Shown here piece by piece: positions 19,429 through 30,510 of a stretch of 64,000 nucleotides of DNA. The notes beneath the pieces were generated by a model. That model was not told where the DNA came from. It saw nothing but the letters and a program-made list of their open reading frames with translations, and did no database searches. The position numbers and the translations under genes were made by a program. Position 1 is the first letter of the stretch. Every line of letters starts with the position of its first letter. This DNA is from an uncultured virus (IMG/VR IMGVR_UViG_3300031134_000641). Its lineage: Duplodnaviria > Heunggongvirae > Uroviricota > Caudoviricetes. The stretch lies in the IMG/VR virus record IMGVR_UViG_3300031134_000641; one strand, written 5' to 3'.

Positions 19429-20766
19429 TTAGACAATACCACCAAGAGCAGGCTGTGAAACCTTCTTCTTAGCTACAGTCTCAATGGCCTCAACAAGGTT
19501 AGGCAGGTCAAGCTGGCGAGGGCAGGATGCAACAAGTGTTGAAAGTGCAAAGTCCTCTCCTACGTTCATGTTGATGAGGTCGCGGAAGGTGATAAGCTCA
19601 CGCATCTGTGGAACCCAAACCCCAGGGCCACCAGCTGCAATGTCACGCTGGTTGCGTGTCTCAAGGTTGCGAGCAATCTTGATAGCAAGGTCGGGGACCT
19701 TCAGACGCTTGGCCGTGGTGAAGTCAGTTGTAACCTCAATCTGTACACGGAAACGAGACACAAGAGCCTCATCCAGTGCGCGAGCGCCTAGGGTGTCAGG
19801 GTTGTAGCCCATGACAACATAGAAACCAGGGATAGCGGTAACCATGGGAAGGTCAGGGCGGTCGTCAATACGAAGAACACCACGACCATCCATGACAGAG
19901 AACAGAATGTTCAGGACTTCAGTGGGAATACGTGTACCCTCATCAACGAACAGAACATGACCGTTCTTCATCGCACGGACCAGAGGACCATCAGACCAAA
20001 TCCATCCACCAGGGTTAGCAGGGTCAGGAAGGTAGTTACCGACGAAGTTTGCCACAGTCATATCACCGTGGCCGTTCACTGTAACGAGATCCTTGAAGCT
20101 ACCCTCAACGAGGGCTGTCTTACCACCGCCAGGAGGGCCAGCAAGTCGGACGAAGACGCCCTTAGTGCGGAACTCATGCAGAAGCGCAACATCAGTGTGA
20201 CCAAAAATCTCACGGGGGAAGTACTCTTCACCGTTAGGACGAATGGACTTGCCACCAGTCTTAGTGAACTTCTGAGAAGCCGCCGCAACATGCTGCTTGG
20301 AGGCAACAGGAGCCTGAGGTGCGACAGGAGCAGTAGACCCACCAGCCAGGAACTTGGTGACAGGGTCGCCATATGTTGAGTATGAGTTGGGCACAGTAGT
20401 TTTGGTACCGGCAAGTCGGCTGGCCTCAGAGCGGAAACGGTCCATGGCTGCTTTCATCTTAGCCTCAGTCCACCAGTTCAGGTCAGCTGACTGGGGAACG
20501 TCAGGAATGTCTACTTTAACGAAGCCGTAGGAAAGCTCGTTGTACTCGTTCTTCTTCACCTTGGAGTTGAAAACGCTAGCAACAGCGCTGGCAAGACTAG
20601 CCTTACGGTACTTGTCTGTACGGTAGGTACCGGGTGTCAGAGCATTTGTCGCACGGTTTCGCTGACCTGAGTGTGTCAGGACTAGACCGTTCTCAAAAGC
20701 GATCACAGTGTAGTGCTTACGTCCGGGGCTTGTTGAGCTTGACAGCATGTAACCAATAGCTAGCAT
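19429..20766 (-). CDS. MoxR/CbbQ-type AAA+ ATPase with N-terminal extension
   Basis: GPPGGGKT; WSDGPLVRAM; LFVDE; GYNP; DEALVSRF. Confidence 0.9.
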   Translation of the reverse strand: MLAIGYMLSSSTSPGRKHYTVIAFENGLVLTHSGQRNRATNALTPGTYRTDKYRKASLASAVASVFNSKVKKNEYNELSYGFVKVDIPDVPQSADLNWWTEAKMKAAMDRFRSEASRLAGTKTTVPNSYSTYGDPVTKFLAGGSTAPVAPQAPVASKQHVAAASQKFTKTGGKSIRPNGEEYFPREIFGHTDVALLHEFRTKGVFVRLAGPPGGGKTALVEGSFKDLVTVNGHGDMTVANFVGNYLPDPANPGGWIWSDGPLVRAMKNGHVLFVDEGTRIPTEVLNILFSVMDGRGVLRIDDRPDLPMVTAIPGFYVVMGYNPDTLGARALDEALVSRFRVQIEVTTDFTTAKRLKVPDLAIKIARNLETRNQRDIAAGGPGVWVPQMRELITFRDLINMNVGEDFALSTLVASCPRQLDLPNLVEAIETVAKKKVSQPALGGIV

Positions 20767-20814
20767 GTTATGCCTCTTTCTGATGAAGTATGATACGAAA
20801 ATTAATGTACCTTT

Positions 20815-20895
20815 ACTCTAGCAAAGGTATAAGCCTATGTCAAGTCGAAAACAAACTTTTTTAGAGTTGACATATATGCTGCCATACTGTACAGT
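20815..20895. promoter_or_regulatory. Divergent sigma70-type promoters for the AAA and vWA genes
   Basis: + strand TTGACA(20867)-17-TACAGT, ATG 6 nt later; - strand TTGACA(20843)-17-TAGAGT. Confidence 0.7.
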
Positions 20896-20901
20896 GTAAC
20901 T

Positions 20902-22689
20902 ATGAGTATTTGGACTGATGCAAAAGACCCAGAGTGGGCTGAGCTTGCTAAGCGAACTGAAGAGTTCGTTGACAAGCTCACAGCAAGAGGAGACCTTGTT
21001 GTTATTGTCGCGCCTGACCTCAGAGAGGATGAAGAAAAAGCCAAGCTTGATGTTGACGCTCTCCCCGCAGGCTACTTTGACCCTAACAAAGCAGAGATTC
21101 ACCTTGACGCTTCGCAGCTGCTTGACAACCGTCTAGCTGATGTGAAATTTGTTGACCCCGGAGCTTTCTACTCACAGCGGGCATTCCCCCAGTATGTGGG
21201 TGCTGTAGTTCACGAGTCTGCTCATGCAAAGCACTCAAACACCGACTTCCCTGAAAAGATCAACTCTAACGTACTAAAGTGGATGACTACACTAGAGGAG
21301 ACTCGCTGCGAAGGTCAGCTTCTAGAGGATTTCCCTCAGTACACTCGCTATGTCAAGAGTATCGTTAAGACTCTTGTTGCTGGTGACTTCATCAAGAACC
21401 CTAAGATCATCGCGCACCTAGGCAAGGATGTGTATGCTCGCTACGAGGTAACACGCACTGCTCTTCTTGTAATGGCACGTGAGGATATTGGTGTTTTTGA
21501 GCCAGGAGAGCTTGACAACGCTGAGAGCCGTATCATCAACGTTCTAGGCAAAGAAGATTACTTCAAAATTCGTGACCTGTGGCTTGAAGCTCAGAACGTT
21601 GCCGATGGCGACATTGCAGAGCTACAGGAAATTGCTGAAGAGATCCAGAAGATTGTTGACCCCAACAATGAAAAGGACAAAGTTGATGAGGCTTTTGTAG
21701 CTGGAACTCTAACTGGTGACGGTTCCGGTGCAGCAAATGTTGCAGCCAGTGCTTCAAGCGTTATTGACCAGATTATCAATGACGTTGATGTTATTGGTCA
21801 GTCCACTGTTAAGGAAATTCGGGATGATGCAGGTAACACCTACAACTTCAAGAAGAACCAGCAGCAGGAGGACCAGGAGCTTCGTGAGCAGAACCAGAAG
21901 GTTGCTCAGAACTTCAACTCAACCCCTGGTTCAGGCATCGGGCGTGGATGGTATGACCCTACTTTCCGGCTTGTTGACCCGAAGGCGACAGACATTGGAC
22001 GAATGCGTGCTATTACGCTGGCTTTGAAGAAAGCACAGTATCGTGAAGTTCATAAGTCTCACATTCGTTCGCAGCTTCCCCCGGGAAGACTGGACATGCG
22101 TGAAGCACTGAACCGTCAGGCTCAGATTGAGTCTAACCAGAACATCACCGCTGCTCCTTGGAAGCAGACAAGGCGACGTGAGGTTGACAACCCGCCAATC
22201 ACATTAGCTGTTGCATCAGATATCTCTGGTTCAATGTCTGCTTGGCAGTATGAGGTTTCCTCATTCACTTGGGCTGTGGCAAACAGTGTTCGTCAGATGC
22301 AGGGTAAAGTTGGTGCAGTAGCATGGAACGGTAAGTCGTACCCTTTGATTAAGCCGAACAACGTTCAGCCTAAGATTGGTTACTACTCTGCTAACGGTGG
22401 TAGTGATGGCTGCCCTGATGCCATGAAGACACTTGACGGCCTGATGGACCTGAGCTTTGGTGAGGGTGTTAAGGTGCTGGCAATCATCACTGATGGTCTT
22501 CTTCCGAACAACAAAGAAATTCAGAAGGAAATTACCAGATTGACTCAGCGTGGTGTTATTGTTCTTTGGATTCTCACAGAAAGCCGTGGTTTCCGCCCCA
22601 AGAACACAACCGTTGCTGTACTCAGAAAGCCTGAAGAGTTTGGCGTTGTAGTCGGCCAGAAGCTGATTGAAGCGCTAAGCGAAGCGTAA
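20902..22689 (+). CDS. CobT-like protein: HExxH metallopeptidase-like domain plus vWA domain
   Basis: VHESAH; MIDAS DISGSM; ITDG. Confidence 0.85.
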   Translation: MSIWTDAKDPEWAELAKRTEEFVDKLTARGDLVVIVAPDLREDEEKAKLDVDALPAGYFDPNKAEIHLDASQLLDNRLADVKFVDPGAFYSQRAFPQYVGAVVHESAHAKHSNTDFPEKINSNVLKWMTTLEETRCEGQLLEDFPQYTRYVKSIVKTLVAGDFIKNPKIIAHLGKDVYARYEVTRTALLVMAREDIGVFEPGELDNAESRIINVLGKEDYFKIRDLWLEAQNVADGDIAELQEIAEEIQKIVDPNNEKDKVDEAFVAGTLTGDGSGAANVAASASSVIDQIINDVDVIGQSTVKEIRDDAGNTYNFKKNQQQEDQELREQNQKVAQNFNSTPGSGIGRGWYDPTFRLVDPKATDIGRMRAITLALKKAQYREVHKSHIRSQLPPGRLDMREALNRQAQIESNQNITAAPWKQTRRREVDNPPITLAVASDISGSMSAWQYEVSSFTWAVANSVRQMQGKVGAVAWNGKSYPLIKPNNVQPKIGYYSANGGSDGCPDAMKTLDGLMDLSFGEGVKVLAIITDGLLPNNKEIQKEITRLTQRGVIVLWILTESRGFRPKNTTVAVLRKPEEFGVVVGQKLIEALSEA

Positions 22690-22807
22690 GCTTTCAAACA
22701 AATGCCGGGATACACAAGTTTCTGTGTATCCCGGCATTTGACTTTCCTAAGAGATTCCAGTACAGTAATAAACGACCACCTGTTGGAATAGAAAAATTGG
22801 AGCTTCA

Positions 22808-24235
22808 ATGTTTATCTTTGTTGCCATTACCACCGTCGCAGCTGTTTTCGTGGCGCTTGCTGTTAAGTACTTTGTCAACGTCGGCTGGGTTGCTGTTACT
22901 GCTGCAACCGCCATTGTTGCAGCAGTTGTCGCCCCTGCCACCTTTGCGATTGGTTCCAACATCGCTATCCGCGATGCCACCACATTCCACGAATACTGGA
23001 ACGGTTACGAGACTGCTGCAAAAACAAAGATTGTTGACTGCCAAAGGGATGGTAGTTGCGTACACGAGTACAACTGTGACCCCTACCAGGAAACTTATTA
23101 TGTCACTGTGACTGACAGTAAAGGAAACTCCCACAGCGAGCCGCGTCAGCGCACAGCTTACCACGACTGCCCTTATTCGACTCAGGAGACCACCTACTAC
23201 GTTGAGTCAACCCTTGACTCTTACACAATTGCTTCCAATTACATGACGGGTAACGACTGGCGTGCAGGTCACCCCATTCCTGGTGGCCGTCAGGAGGCTC
23301 CTGCCCAGTGGACCGCCGCACGTGAGCGTGTTGAGTCGGGCAAGCCTGGCCCTGTCACTGCTGTCAAGAACTACGCTAACTACATTCTTGCTTCATCTGA
23401 GACTCTTTTCTCCAAGTATGAGGGAGCGATTGAACAGTATAAGACTGATGGCATGCTTACTACCCCTTCAAAGGGTGTCTACGACAGTTACAATGCTGAC
23501 AAAGCATACTTTGTCGGTGGAGTCAAAAACCTTGACCAGGCTGACCTTAAAAAGCAGGTTGCTTACTTAAACGGGGCTTCAGGTGTGGAGCTTCAGGGTG
23601 ACGTACATGTTGTCTTTGCTCCTGCCACAACCGCAGGAGACCCCACAGACTACAGCAATGCGCTTCTTGCTTACTGGCAGTCTAAAGAACTTGGACGTGA
23701 CGCTATCTCAAAGAACTCCATCATCGTTGTTGTGGGTGTTGACAAGCTGAAGAATGCTGATACAGGTGATAGCTACACGGGGGCCAAGTGGGTCAAAGCT
23801 TTCACAGGTATGCCTCTCGGTAACGAGTACATGCTGACACAGGTTGAGTCTGAGCTTAAAAACGCTCCGATTGATGCTTCTTTCATTGGTACACCTAACT
23901 ACACCGTTTCCACAGGAAAAATCACTCACTCAGATGGCAAGCTTGAAAGCATCCTCTGGGGCGACCATAAGTTTGAGCGGGTGTCAATGACAGCTGGTGA
24001 CGACAATGATAAGGGTGCCGGATTTGAGTTCCTGAAAGATCAGCTGAAGCCCAGCGCGGGCGCTATTGTAGGTATGAGCTTTGTTGCTGGATTCATTGGT
24101 CTTATGACTTTCTTTGCAGCTGTACTATTGAGCTTCAACTACTCCAGCCAGAACACTGCTAAAAGCTCACACCCGTTTGAAAGAACCTGGTCGTCAAGTG
24201 AGAGAAAGCGTTCAAACAGCTTCTACAGTTTTTGA
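22808..24235 (+). CDS. Membrane protein with large extracytoplasmic domain
   Basis: N- and C-terminal TMs; Cys-rich EYWNG..CDPY..CPY region. Confidence 0.7.
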   Translation: MFIFVAITTVAAVFVALAVKYFVNVGWVAVTAATAIVAAVVAPATFAIGSNIAIRDATTFHEYWNGYETAAKTKIVDCQRDGSCVHEYNCDPYQETYYVTVTDSKGNSHSEPRQRTAYHDCPYSTQETTYYVESTLDSYTIASNYMTGNDWRAGHPIPGGRQEAPAQWTAARERVESGKPGPVTAVKNYANYILASSETLFSKYEGAIEQYKTDGMLTTPSKGVYDSYNADKAYFVGGVKNLDQADLKKQVAYLNGASGVELQGDVHVVFAPATTAGDPTDYSNALLAYWQSKELGRDAISKNSIIVVVGVDKLKNADTGDSYTGAKWVKAFTGMPLGNEYMLTQVESELKNAPIDASFIGTPNYTVSTGKITHSDGKLESILWGDHKFERVSMTAGDDNDKGAGFEFLKDQLKPSAGAIVGMSFVAGFIGLMTFFAAVLLSFNYSSQNTAKSSHPFERTWSSSERKRSNSFYSF

Positions 24236-24308
24236 TTTGACTTTCAAAAACTAACCCGCTATACTTCAACTACACTTACAAGATTCCTACAGAACAGAGA
24301 GTACAACA

Positions 24309-25007
24309 ATGTCAACTAACTCAACTTCGTCTGACGCTAAGAACTTCTTCCAGAAGCACATGAAGCTCATCCTTGGTGGCATCGCAGCGTTCGTGCTGAT
24401 CATCATGGTTCTCAGCACTTTCGGTTTCGTGGACACAACTCGTAATGAGGGAATCCAGAAGGAGGCTGCTCTGGTCGCTCAGTACAACGACAACCAGAAT
24501 GAGCTTTCTTCCTACCTTGTGACAACCTACGAGGCACTAGGCATCGCTGACCGACAGTCGGAGGAGCTAAACAAAATTCTCGTTGAGGCTGTTAAGGGCC
24601 GCTACGACAACGATGGCTCTCTCCAGCCTGGTACTGGAGGCGCACTGTTCTCATCCATTACCGAGGCTTACCCTGACCTGAGCGGTAACACTGAGCTTTA
24701 CGGTAAGGTGCAGGACCAGATCATCTCTGGCCGTAACGCTTATAAGAACAAGCAGACCCTACTTACCCAGCAGATTGCCAACTACAACACCTGGCGTGAG
24801 AGCGGACTGTTCAAGTCATTCGTTATCAAGCAGCTTGGGTTCCCCTCTGACCGCCTGGTAGTCACCGTCAACGGCCAGAAGGTCCGTGGTGAGGATGCTC
24901 TAGACCAGATTGCCACCCTTGTCCTCACTGACGAGGCCCGAGAGTCCTACGACTCAGGCACTCTAGACCCCATCATCATGCCTCGTGGGGATGATGAAAC
25001 AGAGTAA
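24309..25007 (+). CDS. LemA-like membrane-anchored protein
   Basis: TM, then helical bundle with ITEAYPDL and GRNAYKNKQ..YN. Confidence 0.55.
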   Translation: MSTNSTSSDAKNFFQKHMKLILGGIAAFVLIIMVLSTFGFVDTTRNEGIQKEAALVAQYNDNQNELSSYLVTTYEALGIADRQSEELNKILVEAVKGRYDNDGSLQPGTGGALFSSITEAYPDLSGNTELYGKVQDQIISGRNAYKNKQTLLTQQIANYNTWRESGLFKSFVIKQLGFPSDRLVVTVNGQKVRGEDALDQIATLVLTDEARESYDSGTLDPIIMPRGDDETE

Positions 25008-25084
25008 CAAGTTAATAGCAAAGCCCTTCACATTAGATTGTGGAGGGCTTTGCTATTTGGGCTAAAGTATGATACAATCACTAC

Positions 25085-25768
25085 ATGCTATACTTATTCG
25101 CTATGCTACTGAGTACCGGTTCAATCGGTTTCCTTACGTGGGTTGTTGCCGACAGTTTTAAAAACCGCAGAAGCAGCCAAGCTGCCCTGCCTAGTCTACA
25201 CAAAAGCGATGTGAAGAGTATAAAAGCAGCCCAAGTCAAAGCCATCAACAGTATGCTGAAAGACCCTGCTCTACCTTCGGAGATTAAAGCATCAATCACC
25301 GAAATTACACAAAAGGTTGATTATCTAAAGGGCAACCTACAGCACTGCTCAGCTGAGGAAAAGCATACAGTTAACTCTGTTCTCACAAACTACCTGCCTA
25401 ACATTGTTGCAAACTATCTTGACCTACCAGAAGATATACGAAACTCAAAGAACGAAACTACAATTAAGGTGTTCAACCAGATTCAGGTTATCAACGAGCG
25501 TCTAGACGCAATCAAAGAGAACACAACAGCCCGTGCGGTTGCAAAAGTAGACACAGAGTCAGACTTTCTTCATGAACGTTTTGGCGCTCTAGAAAAGCCG
25601 GTTGAGTTAAAGCAAATTACTCCTCCTAAGAAAAAAGCTATAACTGCTACCGAAAACCAGCAAGCGGAGTCACCCACAGATTTAGATACCAGAACACTTC
25701 AATCAGAAGTAACTGACACAGACGAAATAAACCAAATTTTTGAAGCACTCTTTAAGGACAAACACTAA
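25085..25768 (+). CDS. Membrane-anchored helical protein (XpaC-like)
   Basis: TM plus NYLPNIVANYLDLP; paralog of the next gene. Confidence 0.5.
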   Translation: MLYLFAMLLSTGSIGFLTWVVADSFKNRRSSQAALPSLHKSDVKSIKAAQVKAINSMLKDPALPSEIKASITEITQKVDYLKGNLQHCSAEEKHTVNSVLTNYLPNIVANYLDLPEDIRNSKNETTIKVFNQIQVINERLDAIKENTTARAVAKVDTESDFLHERFGALEKPVELKQITPPKKKAITATENQQAESPTDLDTRTLQSEVTDTDEINQIFEALFKDKH

Positions 25769-26617
25769 ATGAAACTCGCAAAGAAAATTCACCTTCTCGG
25801 TGTCAAGCAGTACACAACCTTAGTCTCCGGTGGAGGACTAGCATACGGACTAGTAGCCCTTGGCACACCTCTTCTCGGTGGAGTTCCAATCGGGATTGGT
25901 GCGTCTGCGGTTTCTATCGCAGTTGGTGCCGCAGCAATTATCCCATTCCGTAAAACCAATGTTCTAGCAGCTGAGCCAGAAATCATCAAGGCTAAAGCCA
26001 TTGTTCCTGATAACGAAGCGAAAAGAGACAACACTAAGCTGACACAGAACATCAACAAAATCAAAGTACAGACTGCCAGCGCAAAATATACCCTCCCCGC
26101 TAGCGCTCAGACTGAACTAGACAAAATTCATGCTAAAGCCTTGGAGATTATCACTCAGGAGGACCTGAACAACGTAGAAACCCGCCTGAGGATGACATTG
26201 GAGTCTATGTTCTCTTCATATATCCCTGAGTCAATCAGTTACTTCTCTCAGCTGACACCTAAAGATAGGATGGAAGGCACACCTGGTGCTGTGCAGCTTA
26301 AAGACCAGTTTGAGAGAATGCTGAAAGCAATCAATAAGGTAGAAAAAGAAATCTACGACTCAAAGATTGAAAAGTTTGAAGTGCATTCCAGATTCGTACA
26401 AGACCGTTTCGCTGACTATGACGAAGAAAGTAAGGCCAATTCTTCTGAATCCCCAGTGGCGTCTTTCCCCCGCATCCCTAATGCCGCTGAGACAGAAGCT
26501 CTAACTCTTGCAAAGCTGGAAGAACGAGATCGTCAACGAGAACTACAGCTAGCAGGTAACAGGCGGAAACCCGCAGCAGCTGTTGCACAGCCTAAGAAGC
26601 GCCGCTGGTTTTCCTGA
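25769..26617 (+). CDS. Membrane-anchored helical protein (XpaC-like)
   Basis: TMs plus SYIPESISYFSQL..RFVQDRF. Confidence 0.5.
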   Translation: MKLAKKIHLLGVKQYTTLVSGGGLAYGLVALGTPLLGGVPIGIGASAVSIAVGAAAIIPFRKTNVLAAEPEIIKAKAIVPDNEAKRDNTKLTQNINKIKVQTASAKYTLPASAQTELDKIHAKALEIITQEDLNNVETRLRMTLESMFSSYIPESISYFSQLTPKDRMEGTPGAVQLKDQFERMLKAINKVEKEIYDSKIEKFEVHSRFVQDRFADYDEESKANSSESPVASFPRIPNAAETEALTLAKLEERDRQRELQLAGNRRKPAAAVAQPKKRRWFS

Positions 26618-26678
26618 GAAAATGGTTGAGGGCTTTACCAAATCCTGGTAAAGCCCTCAACCATTTTTCGTATATGTC

Positions 26679-27758
26679 TTAAGATTCTGTAGGAGCAAAA
26701 GCAGTTGCCTTAGCTAACTTAGAGAAGCCGCTAACGCCAGTTTTAGCACTCAACAACTTCACGAACAAATTGTGTTTGGTGACCGAAGCTCGCTTACGAA
26801 CTTCAAAGAAACCTTTCGGGTTCCAACTCATAAAAATGTTGCCGCCAATGATACAGTTTTCTTTCGGCTGAGGAGGTACATCATATAGAACAGTCTTGTG
26901 TAAGCTGTCCACATAAACTAAGTTACCCCCAGCAAAGACCGTTCCTGAAGCAGCTGCTTTAACGGATTCAAGAGAACCCTCCCAAGCGTTAGTTCCACTG
27001 AGTTTCTTTTTCAGCATCAACTCAACATCAAAAAGCTTAGTAAGCTCATCAACTGAGACAACAATAACATCTTCTGTCTTCAGATCAACCTGAACAACCA
27101 GTTTATAGTCTTGTTTCAGTAACTCTCGCTTAAACCATTCGGCGGGAATTAGCTTGTCTTCACCCGTAACATTATTATACTCAGGGTATTTATTGAAGAA
27201 GCCAACAAGTTTCCCATCATCATGGTGGAAACCATTTTCATCTACGGACACTGTATCCCACACACCCTGGTACTTTGTTGGCACAATGAGGGCTTTGACA
27301 GTAGATGAATCAGAATGCAGTACGACAGTTGATGTGTTCTGGATATCACCAGCCCATTCATCTCCAAACGAGGACAATAAAAAAGATAACCCCACGGCAG
27401 TCGCCTGATTGTACTTACCGGATACACCTGACAACTTTAAAGCACCCTTAACGCTGTCGTCTCTCATCAGCAGGGAAGCTTTGTAAGCCGCTAACTGAGA
27501 TTTGCGTAAAGCTTCGCCATCTACCATCTTTTTAGTCAACAAGCTACGACGTACAGGGTCAGCTTCCTGATCGCGTTCTTGCCTTAGCAGGTTCTGTCCA
27601 CGAGGTGTTGAATTGAAAGCAGCTGTTTTCTCGTCCAGTATTTTTCCAAGCCTAATCTTCTCAGTAGGCTCCGAGCAGTACTCAAATGCTCTCAGGGCAT
27701 CTAAGTAATCTGCGTTAGCATGGGCGCTACATCTTGGTCCAGGTTGGGGGAAGCACAT
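26679..27758 (-). CDS. Cys-tag family protein (MCFPQPGPRCSAH) with unknown cargo domain
   Basis: Shared N-terminal motif plus FNSTPRG; CCGATA upstream on the minus strand. Confidence 0.7.
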   Translation of the reverse strand: MCFPQPGPRCSAHANADYLDALRAFEYCSEPTEKIRLGKILDEKTAAFNSTPRGQNLLRQERDQEADPVRRSLLTKKMVDGEALRKSQLAAYKASLLMRDDSVKGALKLSGVSGKYNQATAVGLSFLLSSFGDEWAGDIQNTSTVVLHSDSSTVKALIVPTKYQGVWDTVSVDENGFHHDDGKLVGFFNKYPEYNNVTGEDKLIPAEWFKRELLKQDYKLVVQVDLKTEDVIVVSVDELTKLFDVELMLKKKLSGTNAWEGSLESVKAAASGTVFAGGNLVYVDSLHKTVLYDVPPQPKENCIIGGNIFMSWNPKGFFEVRKRASVTKHNLFVKLLSAKTGVSGFSKLAKATAFAPTES

Positions 27759-27828
27759 GCCAATACTATCGGATAGGTGGCCTAGTTGTTAGGTATTACA
27801 TGTAAGCTTGAAAGGCTAAAATTTTTTA

Positions 27829-29316
27829 ATGTGCGAAGTATACCCTGGCCCCCGATGCAGCCATGAGATGGAAAAGAAAGTCTCAACACGTTCTGCTGCG
27901 TTGGACAAAGCCGTAAAACGGTATGGAGCTAACTCACCTGAGGCTAGCCTAGCTAGCGTGAGGTTGCATACAGCAGAGCAAGAGTATCAGTCAACCCCTA
28001 AAGGCATAGCTGAACTTACAGCCCAAGCACAAAGTGAACCAACAGAAGAGAACGTAACTAAGTTCCGCAAAGCTGAGTTAACACGTCAACTTCAAACAAG
28101 CGCTCTAAACGAAATCAATAACAAAAGGTTTGAAGCTGTAGTAACTCTCGGGGCAGAGAACGAAACTTTCTTAGACGCCGAAGAAAAACGTAGCATACTT
28201 GAAGCGGCAAGAGAAAATCAGGAAAGGCAAGCTCTTCATAACCCTCTGGATACAGTAGAACCTGTATCCAACGAAGAGTACATGGGTTATATAGAGCAGT
28301 TAGAAGACACTCTCAGCAAAAAGTATGACAACAAGATGCCTTTTGAGTTGAAAGAGCAAATTGAGAACCTTAAGTCAATGACACCACCTGACAGTGTCAG
28401 CTTTAACGCCTACAAAAGCTACCCAAAAGTGTTAGACAAATCAAAGCAATCACTTAACCGTGAGATAACTAAGATTGCTTCCATCCAAGGGGTGAACAAA
28501 AATGTTGCTCAGGCGTACTACGAAGGCTACCGTCAACAGTACGCTAACGAGTTCGCTGGTCTTCCGAAGACAGAACGCCCTGACCCACCCAACGACTGGG
28601 TTCGTGGTGAGACAGCAACTTCCGGTTACACACAAGACCCAACTTCAGCTTTCTCCCCTAGGGATGCTGCCTCACTATATGCTGTCTACAGGTTAAGAAG
28701 CGATGACAACGCTACCCCAGATTTCCTTAAGACCTCCCAGAACATAGCCTCACTGGAGCTAGAGACAGTACCCGCCATTAAAAATAAGCTTGACCCTAAA
28801 GCTGACACAATTACAGGTGTGAGTGTCGTCTCTTTTAACAATAAAGGTAAAGAGGTCAGCCGTTACTACCAGAAAGTAGATGACACAGCAGAGCCAATAA
28901 CTGGTGACACCAAAAAGCTCTCCAACGTTTTACCCCAGGTTACTTCATTGTTGGAAGGCAAAACCCTTCTGACTCAGAACAACTTCTACCAGCACAACTG
29001 GTTACAAAACCATCTTCAAGGGTACAACAGTGACAAACGTGCAACGATGATAGATACACAGGACATGTCACGTAAGCACTTAGATCTTCCTTCACATAAT
29101 GTCAAAACAATCTTAAGTAGCCTACAGGTTACAGCGCAAGATAACACTCCTGGCGGTTCAGCTGCAACAACAGGACTAGCTTACTTTGAGATGCGTAAGT
29201 ATGTACGAAAAACATGGAACTCCAAACCAGCACGACGTGACGCGCCAACTTTAAAGACAACTCCTCTTAGCTCGCGCTGGGATGCTATCAAATTTAACCC
29301 TATGTACAAGAAATAA
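27829..29316 (+). CDS. Cys-tag family protein (MCEVYPGPRCSH) with degenerate DEDDh exonuclease-like C-domain
   Basis: N-terminal motif plus YQSTPKG; C-terminal IASLELET, LLTQN, MIDT. Confidence 0.65.
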   Translation: MCEVYPGPRCSHEMEKKVSTRSAALDKAVKRYGANSPEASLASVRLHTAEQEYQSTPKGIAELTAQAQSEPTEENVTKFRKAELTRQLQTSALNEINNKRFEAVVTLGAENETFLDAEEKRSILEAARENQERQALHNPLDTVEPVSNEEYMGYIEQLEDTLSKKYDNKMPFELKEQIENLKSMTPPDSVSFNAYKSYPKVLDKSKQSLNREITKIASIQGVNKNVAQAYYEGYRQQYANEFAGLPKTERPDPPNDWVRGETATSGYTQDPTSAFSPRDAASLYAVYRLRSDDNATPDFLKTSQNIASLELETVPAIKNKLDPKADTITGVSVVSFNNKGKEVSRYYQKVDDTAEPITGDTKKLSNVLPQVTSLLEGKTLLTQNNFYQHNWLQNHLQGYNSDKRATMIDTQDMSRKHLDLPSHNVKTILSSLQVTAQDNTPGGSAATTGLAYFEMRKYVRKTWNSKPARRDAPTLKTTPLSSRWDAIKFNPMYKK

Positions 29317-29378
29317 AAAACTCCCGATAACTGTTTACAGTGATACCATAAACTAGAAACAGCATTGAAGGAGCAAAA

Positions 29379-29789
29379 ATGGCAGAACACGTACGTAGAG
29401 ATGTAATAGCAGACTCACTATTTTCACCGGAAGCTTTTGACAAAGCAAGAAGTCGTTTGATAGCAGACTTACAGGCTGCTTTTAAACCAGCTTTCACAAG
29501 ACATGACAACGAAGAGTCAACCGTTTTAGAGTTCAGCCTAGCTGGCTACAGCGAGGAACAAGTAAAAGTCACGTTTGACCCTGCCGCACACAAATTGCGT
29601 GTACGAGCGTTACAGAACTTCGCAGGCCACCGACGCTCTTACAACACTGAGATTCCTTTACTGTCACATGTTAGACCAGAGGATATCAAAGTAACCCACA
29701 AGAATGGTTTACTAACAGTAACTATTGCTCGTGGAGAGAGAATAGAGGAGAGTCCTTCCGAGATTGTCATTCCTCTGAACCAGGAGTAG
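29379..29789 (+). CDS. Small heat shock protein (Hsp20)
   Basis: LAGYSEEQVKV and IKVTHKNGLLTVTI alpha-crystallin motifs. Confidence 0.85.
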   Translation: MAEHVRRDVIADSLFSPEAFDKARSRLIADLQAAFKPAFTRHDNEESTVLEFSLAGYSEEQVKVTFDPAAHKLRVRALQNFAGHRRSYNTEIPLLSHVRPEDIKVTHKNGLLTVTIARGERIEESPSEIVIPLNQE

Positions 29790-30265
29790 AAACAAAACAT
29801 CAAAAGGTAATGGCCTCACACATATGTATGTGTGAGGCCATTACCTTTTAGTTTAGCTTGTAAAATCTATAGGCTGGACAAGCTGCCAGAATTTATCCGT
29901 GTTACCAGTGTCAGGAGCGGAATCTCCGTTGCAGAGGAACCGCTCCTCACTGCTGACCTTGTTGCTGCTGCGGTCAACCTGCACATACTCACCAGTGATA
30001 ATTACGATGGCACCAGTGTCTACTTTCTCATCTAACATAATAGTTTCCTCCAAAACTTGTTTAATGAACAAAAACATGCTACCATTAATTTCGGTTAAAA
30101 CACCAGCCGATAGGGATACAAATAGCAAATAAAAGGTGAACAAAAAAGTTTTTTGAAGTTTTTTCAAAAAAATCGTCAAAAAACTTGCGGGACGCCGATA
30201 AGTATGTTATAGTAGTAATATCAAGTAAGCAACCGGCTCACTTGAACAACGGAAATCTGAAGGGA

Positions 30266-30436
30266 ATGAATCACATGTTTAATACATCAAACATCGTCTG
30301 TGACATTGCCCGTTCCGTGAACCCAGGGCACTTGGTCGCCGTCTCAGTTAGAGATCTAGACGCCAAGCAGCGCGGGTATATTAATCAGCCCGCCAAGCAA
30401 AACTGGCAGCCCCTCGCAACCCTAACCCATAACTAA
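30266..30436 (+). CDS. Putative leader peptide heading the tRNA cluster
   Basis: SD gaaggga then ATG 30266; stop codon lies within a predicted stem. Confidence 0.4.
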   Translation: MNHMFNTSNIVCDIARSVNPGHLVAVSVRDLDAKQRGYINQPAKQNWQPLATLTHN

Positions 30437-30510
30437 AAACAGTCCAAAACTTTTTTAGTAAGTAAGTTGCACCACAGTCAAAAATGTGGTACGGTGTAAA
30501 AACCAGGTAA

